DNA of 63,771 nt, counting the filler, from Octopus bimaculoides (Eukaryota): NCBI RefSeq assembly GCF_001194135.2. It is 4 parts of 3 records of this genome, joined end to end, with 100 filler letters (N's around TTAATTAATTAA, not from the genome) between each part and the next. Parts side by side here need not be neighbours in the genome. Positions count along the whole stretch, not along the records: positions 10,852 to 38,338 come from NC_068994.1; 3 more parts are not named here. One strand, 5' to 3'. The notes beneath the pieces are model-generated. The model was not told the DNA's origin. It saw only the letters and a program-made list of their open reading frames with translations, and did not search any database. The first letter of the stretch is position 1; every line of letters begins with the position of its first letter. The position numbers and the translations under genes are program-made. Positions 24,124 through 34,625 of the stretch are shown here, piece by piece.

Positions 24124-26506
24124 TTAAATGACAGTCTCCAGTGCATCAGAGTCACTACCGTTTCCTTCATCCCGCAACAGTACAATATCGTGTGGATTCT
24201 TAAGGTCATTCCTGTAATTGTGAGCAGCTATAATGCGATTTTTCTCTTCATGCACATCATAAAATTCCTCTTTAGCAGCATGTCCTTCAACATCCAGTTC
24301 AGATCGAGGGGATTCCACATTGTAGCTCGTATCCTGACCCTCAACTTTTTTCCGTCGATAACTTATCCCTTCAGGACCAACTCTGAAGTTACCTTTTCCT
24401 TGTGTGGGATTTTTGCGAACTTCAGCCTGCAGCTTACGTGGCAATGCTTGTGATGTTGATGACGATGATGATGATGAGCGAGATTGGTATGGAGGAGGAG
24501 GCGGTTTGATTTTTGACTGTTGATGGGGTTCGTGGTCACGGTTACTGTTGTTACTGGTGGTGTAGTAATTGCTATTGCTGTGTGATCTGTTTTTATGCTT
24601 GCTGTCAACATTGTTATTCTTTGTTGGAGACGTGTGAACATTGCAGCCATCAATGTTGCGACTATATGGACCATACTGACCATAAGGCTGTTCCCTGGGT
24701 CCAAGAGACTCCTCAACATTTCCTCTGTGTGGTGACAAGGATGTGGAATAGCCATGCATGGCACTGTCATACTGTTCATCTTCATAACTCCTTTGAACTT
24801 GTTTTGAAGAATCAACGCTTCTGCAGTTGTTTACATAACAGTCTTTAGGCAGGGGGCTTTGATTCTGGCTGTTAGCATGCCTTGATGGAGAATGAGGTAT
24901 GTTCTGGAAGGAAGACAAATTTGTTGAATGTCCTTGATTATTGTTGAGGACTGATGGAATGACATTTACCATGTAACCAACATGCTTTGGTGGAGAGTAG
25001 ATGACATTATCAGAAGTGATTTTCTCAGGAGAAATATCGGTTGAAGCACCAGTAATGTTTCTTGTATATTCTAAAGGAGCTGCAAAAGATTTTCCCAAGT
25101 TCATACTGTTCTGATCTTCAGGCATGTAATATGAGGATGATATACCTGAAGCATTGCTTCGGTGACTTGATAAGTGGACTTCTGGAGATAAGCTGGTATC
25201 TTCAGGACTGGTTGGTGACAAGTCAGGGGTCAGAGGTAACATTTTCGGGTGTGGAATGGGAGTATTACATGGATTGGGACTGGCTGGTTGTCCATCTGGT
25301 GAAGCATCCATTGATGTACCAGAAGCATTGCTTCGGTTATGGTTTGTGTTTAGGGGAGATAACTCCGTAGATGTCCCAGAAATGTTGCCTCTGTTAGAAT
25401 TATCCTGACTTTGAGAATACTCAGATGAGACAGAGTCAAGAGTTGCATTCAAATCAACAGCATCCTGTCTCTTAAGATTCTTCTTTCCAGACTCCTTCTG
25501 ATCAGATTTTTCTAGTTTGGATGGTGTCTTGGAATTTGCTTCTGGGGAGTGAACATACTGTTTGGATGAGTCAGGAGTTGCCATTTTACCAGATCTTGTA
25601 TTACTCTTTCTGGAACCTGAAGTTGACATTTCTTTTGATACTTTTGAATAACCTTGCTGAGAATCACGTTTTGCTGGTGAATCTCGGTCACAAGAGTCAG
25701 ATTTCTTGGAAATTCTACCATATATGGATTCTTTTGGTTTTGTAGATTTCGAATACAAGCACTCTGATGAGGAAATTTTTATAGCATATGGCAAAGGTGC
25801 CTGGTTGAAAATCCGCTCAGGATAGTTGGGGGACAAAACTGCTCTTGTCTCTGGGGAAGAAACCAACCTCTCATAAACAGGTGAAGTGACAATGTCATGT
25901 TCGGGTGAATCAATTTTTTCATAAAGGGGTACAATGTAAACAGACTCATTTTTGGCAGGTACTGATGCTGACAGAGTCCTGGTCAAGGATGGTCTTTTAT
26001 GACAGTCAACCAACAGTGATTGATTCATATTGTCATAGCCATCTGATGATGTCTTACGAACCCGGAAAGAATTACTTTGTTTCAGTTTAGAAATCTGAAC
26101 ATCCACATCACCAACGTTACATAGGGGCAATGTCTCCAGCTCAATATGCTCTTGGGTGTTGTATTTATTTACTGGATTTACCATGTCATTAAACATTGCC
26201 TCAGCAAATGTTTTTGCAGTAGAAGTTGAAGGCATAAAGGCTTCATCCATGTCTGCAAACAGTTGGCGGCGTCTTGGCAGCTGCGGACGTCCATCAGGTG
26301 TTGCTGGTATGCTAATACTACTTGACTGAGTTTTTGCTGGCTGTGGTGTATAAGCCCTTCGTCCAGCCATATAACCTCCTTTATTTCCTGGATTGTAGGG
26401 CTGCGGAGTTTTTGATCGGCGCTGTTGCTCTTGCATGCTCTGTATCTCTGCCTCATGTTGTTCCTGCATGTTTCTCATATGAAGTCCCATAATCAGAAGC
26501 AGTTGT
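24124..26506 (-). CDS. Terminal coding exon of a CD20-like/FAM189(ENTREP)/sarcospan-like membrane protein; about 794-codon S/P/N-rich disordered cytoplasmic tail
   Basis: 788-aa stop-free ORF in a window otherwise lacking long ORFs. Acceptor ttctctttttgcag|A at 26506, phase 2 matches the upstream exon (AG|A = Arg, then QLLLIMGLHM). Ends ...DSDALETVI*. Confidence 0.9.
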
Positions 26507-26556
26507 CTGCAAAAAGAGAAAAGTTATTTAATAACAGTATTTAAAACATTATATAT

Positions 26557-26953
26557 ATATTCTTTTACTCTTTTACTTGTTTCAGTCATTTTTGACTGCG
26601 GCCATGCTGGAGCACCGCCTTTAGTCGAGAAAATCAACCCCCAGGACTTATTCTTTGGAAGCCTAGTACTTATTCTATCGGTTTCTTTTGCCGAACCGCT
26701 AAGTTACGAGGACGTAAACACACCATCGGTTGTCAAGCGATGGTGGGGGGACAAACACAGACACACACACACACACACACATATATACATATATACGACG
26801 GACTTCTTTCAGTTTCCGTCTACCAAATCCACTCACAAGGCTTTGGTCGGCCCGAGGCTATAGTAGAAGACACTTGCCCAATGTGCCACGCAGTGGGACT
26901 GAACCCAGAACCATGTGGTTGGTAAGCAAGCTACTTACCACACAGCCACTCCT
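26557..26953 (-). mobile_element. Full-length family C (CORE-like) SINE in the last intron
   Basis: tRNA-like head aggagtggctgtgtggtaagtagcttgct, internal (TG)n, tail gtaaaagagtaaaag, within (TA)n. Confidence 0.9.
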
Positions 26954-27572
26954 ATATATATATATCATACATCAAGTAGTTATATACACATTTACTAGAT
27001 CTATGCCAGGGACTATCTATTACAATCTGTTAATTAGTAATTATCTAAATGCTTAAGATGAGATGTTGTCAATGAGATTATAATCCTTCTGACTATTAAC
27101 CTCATCATTACTGATTTTTTTAAACAACTTATTCACTGTTCACTTCTTGTGCATATTTTATGTACTCTTCATGTAGTTTTGGTTAATTTTTCCAATTAGT
27201 TGTAGTGCACCTGTTCATTATATATAAAAATTTGTTAATATTTATATTCTTCCATGCATTTCAATTAGTTTGATCTCCAGTCACCATCAGGTGTCTTAAT
27301 TCTCTATATGTACTGGATTCAAAAGGATCTTTATTTCCGATCTAAAATGAATAATCCGTTAGCCTACTGATCTAGTACAACTATAATCATATTGTCAATT
27401 AGTAATTCTAGCAGCCAAATCTGCTTCAAATCACAACTTATTAACTTACACATAGAAAAATATCTGATAATCATACTTGGTATGCTTTTTAACATAGATC
27501 CTGTCCAGATGAGGGCTGATCTGGGCCTAAATAACAACAGAGTGAAAAAAGAAATGACCAAAGCATCTTTAC

Positions 27573-28057
27573 CTGTTGTCCAAATTGTCCATAGTCATTG
27601 TCCTCTGTCGTCGGTCCTGCTTGCTCAACTTGTGGCTAGTCCGCATGCTCTCTGGAGTTCCAGTGCTTGCTGGCCGCATTGTCTCACTGAGTGTCCTGCG
27701 AGGTGGATGGCTGGTCTTTGAGGAATGGCCCCTATCAAGAGTTCTCACTTCAGCAGAGCCACTGTCCTCAAATACTTCATTGCTGCTGTCGACGATGTTG
27801 TTTCGGCTGCGATGGCTGAAGCTCTGGCTGCGTTTCAAGTGGCGCAGCTTGTCTTTGCGAACAAATTCAGGGAACCAATCCCTCAGCATTGAGCTCTTCA
27901 TCACTCTGGACAGACCCCGCGGGTAAACAGTCTCAAGAAGTGGAACAGGACTCCCAGGGCTTGGTGGTCCCTGATTGTAACTGTCATGGCAGTGAGCAGG
28001 ATGGTAGTAGTCAATGGAGCTAAGGTGCTGCCTCTCATCATGTTCGCACATCTCGTC
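27573..28057 (-). CDS. Internal coding exon (DEMCEHDERQ...MTMDNLDN) of the same gene
   Basis: Acceptor tttctccag|GAC, donor AACAG|gtaaag, 485 nt, phase 0 in and phase 2 out, non-repetitive open frame. Confidence 0.88.
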
Positions 28058-28159
28058 CTGGAGAAATAATAATAATAACAATAACAGCAACAATAATAAT
28101 AATAATAATAATAACAATAATAATAATAACAATAATAATAATAACAATAATAATAATAT

Positions 28160-28345
28160 GATCAGTGCAAGTGTGAAGGTAGAACACCTACAAAAATCAG
28201 CATTGCTTGGAACTGCAAGAATTCTTTGCAGGATTCTTGAAGCATGACCAGTAAAACAAGTGTCATCTTAGTCTGCTGGTTGTGGACAGCTGACACTTCC
28301 CATCACACCCAGCAAAATAAGCTGTGAGTTTCATATAATAATAAT
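28160..28345 (+). mobile_element. 3' end of an RLE-type (R4/Dong-like) LINE inside an (AAT)n tract
   Basis: VEHLQKSALLGTARILCRILEA* is the typical ORF C-terminus. (AAT)n on both sides. Confidence 0.7.
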
Positions 28346-28450
28346 TTTCTATAGAGATTATAACCAGTACTGATTTTGTTATGATGCTTCGTATCTGAGA
28401 CATCAGATGTAAACAAACTATGAGATCGATGATGAAAGTTGGATCGGTGT

Positions 28451-28931
28451 TACGTTGGGGTGTGATCTACAAGGAAGATCACTTTCAGTTAAATTCTTTA
28501 ATTATTTTGAACATACTTAGCATTGTAAATGCATTTTCTCAAAATTCTTACCATTTTAATAAGAAAACCCTATAATAATTAAGATAAGCGCATAGATCAC
28601 CCACCAAAGTAAATTTGCTCTCATAGATCACACAGAAAATAGCACTAATACAAGATAAACTAAAAAGTAACCGAAAGTAATCTCCCTTCAAATTGTAGAT
28701 CATACACCAAAGTGGCAGCTTTCTTTTTCATAATAAATGATGTGAATTTAGTGCTGGTTTCTTGTAAAAATGCAACTGCCTTATGGTTTCTTGTAAAAAT
28801 GCAACTGCATTCGTCTTGTCATTGATGAGATTGTAAAAATCTTTGGCCAACATCTTATGGGTTTTTAGAAATTGAAAAGTAAACTAAAAACTAACCTAAA
28901 GTAACCTCCCTTGTAGATCACATGCCAAAGT
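28451..28931. mobile_element. MITE-like element with about 33-bp inverted ends and internal TAGATCA(C) repeats
   Basis: acgttggggtgtgatctacaagg...actttc (28452-28486) is the inverse of aaagtaacctcccttgtagatcacatgccaaagt (28898-28931). Confidence 0.55.
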
Positions 28932-28965
28932 GGCACCAATGGGTCTATAATGTAATAATACTCAC

Positions 28966-29150
28966 ATCCCATTGTTCCTCCTCCTTTTTCTTCTTCATGC
29001 GATAAACACGGTAAGTAATGAAGTAGGATAAAACACAGATCAGAGTAACAATCAGGTAGATGGCAATGAGGACATACAACATCTTTGGCAATGATGACCT
29101 TATAGCCTGACAATTGTCGTCGATTCCATGGAACGTCAGAATGAATGGAT
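28966..29150 (-). CDS. Coding exon: end of extracellular loop plus last TM helix (DPFILTFHGIDDNCQAIRSSLPKMLYVLIAIYLIVTLICVLSYFITYRVYRMKKKKEEEQWD)
   Basis: Acceptor tgtttcag|AT, donor GGGAT|gtgagt, 185 nt, phase 1 to 0. Hydrophobic stretch of about 25 aa followed by a basic stop-transfer cluster. Not in the ORF track in this frame. Confidence 0.9.
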
Positions 29151-29221
29151 CTGAAACAATAAAGATAAAAATAGTAATAAAAATAGTAGGTCATAACTAA
29201 TAATAATAATAAAAATAATGG

Positions 29222-29410
29222 TTTCAAATTTTGCCACTAGGGCAGCAATTTTGGGGGAGGAGATGAGTTCATTACATTGACCCAGGTGCTGAACTGATAG
29301 TTATTTTATCAAAACCAAAAGGATGAAAAGCAAAGTCAACCTTGGTAGAATTTAAACCCATAATGTAAAGACAGACAAAATGCCACTTAGCAGCTCACCG
29401 CCTTAATAAT
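29222..29410 (-). mobile_element. Family A SINE, diverged
   Basis: ggatgaaaagcaaagtcaaccttggtagaatttaaac matches other copies. Confidence 0.7.
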
Positions 29411-31199
29411 AAAGGGTAGGCACATCACAACATCCTCTGTCTAGGAATTATATAATGCTATAAGTAACAGAAAGGCTTTTTATAGTAAAAAAAAAAAACC
29501 CCAAAAAACCCAAAACGAAACCAATGGAATGGATATGAAATAACTAAATAGGTAAACAACAACAATGATAACAGCAACAACAACAACAACAGCAGTAGCA
29601 ACAAGATGACAAGAAATCATCCCCTCATAGCAACTGAACTGAACCCGTTCCTGTTACCTCAGAAGAGAACAAATGAATTGATANNNNNNNNNNNNNNNNN
29701 NNNNNNNNNNNNNNNNNNNNNNNNNNNNNNNNNNNNNNNNNNNNNNNNNNNNNNNNNNNNNNNNNNNNNNNNNNNNNNNNNNNNNNNNNNNNNNNNNNNN
29801 NNNNNNNNNNNNNNNNNNNNNNNNNNNNNNNNNNNNNNNNNNNNNNNNNNNNNNNNNNNNNNNNNNNNNNNNNNNNNNNNNNNNNNNNNNNNNNNNNNNN
29901 NNNNNNNNNNNNGTGTCGGTTGTGGTTTGATGTGATGGTGATAGCAGTAGTGGTGATGATGAGGACAGCAGCAGCAGCAGTGGTAATGGTGGTGTTGATG
30001 GTGGCAGCAGTGGTAGTAGCTGATGTTGCTGTTGTTGTTGTTGTTGTTGTTGTTGTTGTGGGGTGGGGATGAGGAAAGAAAGACAGTGCTGATGGCAGTA
30101 GAGCAAAATTCACCAATACACCAATGGAAGACATCAGTAGCAATTGCTACCACAACCTCCACCACTATCACCACCACTACCAACGCCACCACCACCACCG
30201 CCACCACCACCACCTATACCATCATAACCATTGACAGAGAAATTTCGAAGGCCCCCCACCAAAAGCCATCACCCCCCTGGGGTTACTGACTCTATCACTT
30301 TGTGTCATAGACATATCACCTTCTCCCACAAACCATTGTGTCTTTAAATTTTGGCATTTTTGTTAAAGTTCTCTTCCCAGCATATTAGAACTGAAGGGGA
30401 AATGATATCCAATTCTTCCATTTTCTCATATATATATATGTGTGTGTGTGCATGTACATATGTGTGTGTGTGTTTGCATGTGTGTGCGTATATATATATA
30501 TATATGTATATGTGCAAACAAGTATATGTACATACACACACACATACACATACATGCATGCACACAACACACACATATATATATAATAGATAGAAAGACG
30601 GGTAGAGACGTGTACGTATACATGCTTACACAGAGACATATATATGTGTGTGTGTGTGTGTGTTTGAATGTGTATATGTGTAAGTATGAGATAGAGAGAC
30701 AGACAGACAGGCAGGCAGGCAGTCAGATAGACACAGACAACATGAATTTTCACAACATCATTAAGAATCATTAATGAAAAACAAAATAATAGAAAATATA
30801 ATTTATTTAAACCCTACAAATGTCCCTGCCATTCATGCATTCATTCATTCATTCACACATTCAAAACAGAAAGGTAATTATGGCTAAATGTCATATATTA
30901 CATCGGTATATTCATACATATTTTCTTACACCTTTATATGTACTTATATTATATATATATATATATATGTGTGTGTGTATATATATATGTGTGTATATAT
31001 ATGTGTATATATATATACATATGTGCGTATATANNNNNNNNNNNNNNNNNNNNNNNNNNNNNNNNNNNNNNNNNNNNNNNNNNNNNNNNNNNNNNNNNNN
31101 NNNNNNNNNNNNNNNNNNNNNNNNNNNNNNNNNNNNNNNNNNNNNNNNNNNNNNNNNNNNNNNNNNNNNNNNNNNNNNNNNNNNNNNNNNNNNNNATAA

Positions 31200-31233
<34 letters not shown>

Positions 31234-31251
31234 ATATATATATATATATAT

Positions 31252-31282
<31 letters not shown>

Positions 31283-31604
31283 CACATATATATGTGTGTG
31301 TATGTATACATGTGTGTGTGTGTGTGTATATATATATATGTGTGTGCATTTATGTATGTATGCATGCGTACACATTTCCTTATCTACTGTCCCCCCACTC
31401 TCTCTCTCTCCCCCCCACAAACCTACACATAAAAATTTATATTAGCCATTTACGAATATCATTTATTTCTCACCGCATATTTATTCTCTAGTTAGCCTTT
31501 TTAATGCTCTGAGTATTAAATGTGTTAACATTAACTCAACTACTGTTTGTTTTTTTGGGGGATGTTTTTTTTCTGTTATTTTTAACATGCGGACTTTGAA
31601 CCAT

Positions 31605-32035
31605 GCATCATTAGCTGTGGGGTCGAAAAGTTTGCTTCCCATCCATAAGGTCTTGGGGTTCAGTCCCTCTGTGTAGCACCCTTGGGCAAATATCTACTGC
31701 CAATGCCTTGTGAGTGGATTTGGTAAATGAAAGCCCATCATAAATACATATGTATGCATGTATGTATGTATGTATGTACGTATGTATGTGTGTGTGTGTG
31801 TATGTATGTATGTGTGAGTGTGTCTTTGTCTTGATGTCACATAATGGTTGCAAATAAGCATATTGTTTGTTTTCAGTTTTTTGTGAAAAACATGTCTGGC
31901 CATGGGGAAATATTACCATGCCTGGAAACAGGTGAGTGTTGGCAACAGAAAGAGCACCCAGCCATAGAAAATCTGTCTCAACAAATTCCATCTGACCCAT
32001 GCAAGTATAGAAAAATAGAAATTAAATGATTGGGA
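31605..32035 (+). mobile_element. Family C SINE head with RTE-like 3' tail
   Basis: ggttcagtccctctgtgtagcacccttgggcaaat...gtggatttggtaaatg head. Tail ...ccagccatagaaaatctg...acccatgcaag...ttaaatgat. Confidence 0.6.
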
Positions 32036-32322
32036 TGATGACCTCTGAGTGAGTTGCAAAAGATGGTTGGCTAAAAGACTTGGCATCAGGAAAGGTAACA
32101 CATCAAAAATCATTGCCTCCTGAAACTACATCCAATCCCTGCCAACATTTGTCTCTCAGTGAGTGAAGGGGAGGAATGGGGCTTGTGATTTTCATGTATT
32201 TCCAGATATGGGAAACCAAATGTGAGAACGTATGTAAGTCAAGGTTTCTACTGGCTGAGTAGTTAAAAATAAACATGCTTCTACAAAAACATAAAAACAC
32301 ACACATGTATACATATGGGTGC

Positions 32323-32354
<32 letters not shown>

Positions 32355-33057
32355 GCACCCATATGCACACGCACACATATATACATAGCTATACATGCAT
32401 TGATACATATGCACACATACACACATGGATCCGTACTTAGACATATATATACACACACATATACAAAAACAGGCACACATAAGCTCAAATATACACACAA
32501 ATCTTGTACATATTTACATCTTCATATGATAGCTGTCCACTCATGACTGAGGAAGACCATCAGTCACCATTAAGAACATTGTACACTGAGACAAATTTAT
32601 ACTTTACACTTGTGGCTGCACTAATGACTAATGAATCCAGCTCTCGATAAACGAACCCGTCAGCAGATATTGCACACCAAGCTTCTTCCATTCACTACAT
32701 TAGCAGCACGTTTTTGAGCAGCTTGCTTAAATTCTGAATGGAAAATGAGTGTTTTTTTCACAAATACCCTTTACTTCCTTTGCTTGTTTCTTCCATTGCA
32801 GGTAATGACAAGCATTGCTTTCCCATTTGATTCCTCATACTTCAATGAGCACTTTACATACACATTTAAACACATAAACCCCCCACACATAGGCAGACAT
32901 ACAGACACACACACTACATACATAAACCTTGCACATAAATACAGACACAGAAATACACAAAGGGATATATACATGCACACGTTTTTTTTTCTTTTTTTTG
33001 TGGTGGTGGGTATGATTCTCAACTACCACCTATCTCAATTTTTTGTCACGTAAAATA

Positions 33058-33299
33058 CACCATTTCGAATGTGGCCGTCGCCAGTACCCGCCTGACTGGC
33101 CCTCGTGCCGGTGGCACGTAAAAGCACCCATTACACGCTTGGAGTGGTTGGCGTTAGGAAGGGCATCCAGCTGTAGAAACTCTGCCAAATCAGATTGGAG
33201 CTTGGTGTCGCCTCCTGGTCCACCAGTCCTCAGTCAAATCGTCCAACCCATGCTAGCATGGAAAGCGGACGTTAAACGACAATGATGATGATGATGACA
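33058..33299 (+). mobile_element. RTE-derived 3' tail element
   Basis: gtggttggcgttaggaagggcatccagctgtagaaactctgcc...gacgttaaacga(tga)n, near-identical to 37755, 58503, 62552. Confidence 0.85.
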
Positions 33300-33397
33300 A
33301 CGAGATACAGTTTTCTATTTTGCCATCCTAGACAGCCATATACACACACACTGAGGCACGAAGATACACAGACAAGGGATCAGTTAAAAGAACTTAC

Positions 33398-33587
33398 CTT
33401 TTTCAGTATGCTCCAATGAAAGCTGCTTACGCTTGTACGGTGAATAACATAAACACAATCTTGATTCCCTGATGAGGTCACAATGGATGATTGATATTAC
33501 TGGTTTCAGGATGTGAGTTGCAGTGAGAATGCCAGTGAGAAGACACAGCAAAAATCCTCCAAGGTTCAAAACCATTACCACAAACAA
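33398..33587 (-). CDS. Coding exon: TM helix plus Cys-rich loop (LFVVMVLNLGGFLLCLLTGILTATHILKPVISIIHCDLIRESRLCLCYSPYKRKQLSLEHTEK)
   Basis: Acceptor tcttttcag|TTG, donor AAAAG|gtaagt, 190 nt, phase 0 to 1 joining G|AT (Asp) to the next exon. C-x8-C-x-C...C loop pattern as recalled for sarcospan/FAM189. Confidence 0.9.
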
Positions 33588-33734
33588 CTGAAAAGATATC
33601 ACAATTAAGAAATAAGCAAATAAATAATATATATATATATATTGTCAGTAGTTCATACATCTGAAAGAGAAGCATGCTCTAAAACATTAAAGCAGCAACA
33701 TCACATCGCTGGGCAGCCACGTAATGCATTTAAA

Positions 33735-33845
33735 AGAGGAGGGCATACCATACATAATTAAATAGAGACTCCTCAAATAGCCAGGGACATCTATCAATGG
33801 GAGCAAACAGTGTAAACTTTGCTTCGCCAAAGTACCAAGAATCCA
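33735..33845 (+). mobile_element. Penelope-like EN C-terminal remnant
   Basis: LKEEGIPYIIK*...NGSKQCKLCFAK is homologous to 5755-5860. Confidence 0.55.
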
Positions 33846-33949
33846 GAAAAACTCGCTTAACCTGGAGGACCTTTTAAACCTTAACTTTGCTTACAGTACC
33901 CATACGTTGCAAAAATAGATCTTACAAGCCATTCATCAATGTCTGGTTT

Positions 33950-34270
33950 TAAATGACACTCTGTCAGTTACGACAACGAGAATTCTAGTTGATCCAATCA
34001 ACAGAACAGCCTGCTCATAAAATTAACATGCAAGTGGCTGAGCACTCCACAGACACATGTATCCTTAACATAGTTCTTGGAGATTCACCATGACACAGAA
34101 TGTGAGAAGGTTGGCCATTTGAAGCACGGGTACAACTCATATTTACCAACTGAGTGAACTGGAGCAACATGAAATGAAGTGTTATTCAAGAACACAAGGC
34201 GCTGCCAAAAATTGAACCCATGACTTTATGATTGTCAACCAAATACCCTAACCACTAAACTATGCACCTT
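33950..34270 (-). mobile_element. Old SINE carrying the family B 3' half
   Basis: acagcctgctcataaaattaacatgcaagtggctgagcactccacagacac is the reverse complement of the family B tail. Confidence 0.7.
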
Positions 34271-34401
34271 CACTTCTGGTTTTAACAGTACGTACTTAAC
34301 TGACAGTGTGGAGCTCCGTAAAAGCCTTCTATGTACAAGACAAATAGACATGGGGTTCCCTGCTCCCTGCCCCTATAAGCTAAGACTTTCTAATTACATA
34401 C

Positions 34402-34455
34402 TGTCATCAATCTTTGCTTTGCAGCAAACATCCATACTCCACCAACACACACACA
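34402..34455 (-). CDS. Probable 54-nt exon (CVCVGGVWMFAAKQRLMT), second half of TM2
   Basis: Acceptor ctctgtgtatcag|TGT, donor ACA|gtatgt, phase 0-0. Aligns by eye with the recalled ENTREP1 segment VLLSGLIGVVSWKRPLSLV (G at position 5, K at position 13). Confidence 0.6.
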
Positions 34456-34555
34456 CTGATACACAGAGACATCTTTTATATACAAGCAATACATAACAGT
34501 AGACAGCAGAACATCAAAAGTTCCATGTTTTCAGACAGACTACAAACACTTGTAC

Positions 34556-34625
34556 ATTCAATTCCTAGATGGACATGTTGGTAAGGTGTAAAAATGTTCC
34601 ATAATCAGAATATAACAAGAACAAC
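34556..34625 (-). other. Candidate upstream exon LFLLYSDYGTFLHLTNMSI*ELN with in-frame TAG at 34565-34567 (5'UTR exon, edited exon, or not an exon)
   Basis: Good acceptor tatatttttag|G. The donor AAT|gtacaa is weak. Peptide resembles a TM1-end/loop segment. Confidence 0.3.

Noticed and set aside
24363-26456. Shorter overlapping and antisense ORFs inside the large exon
   Set aside because: Shadow frames of the real 788-aa ORF.
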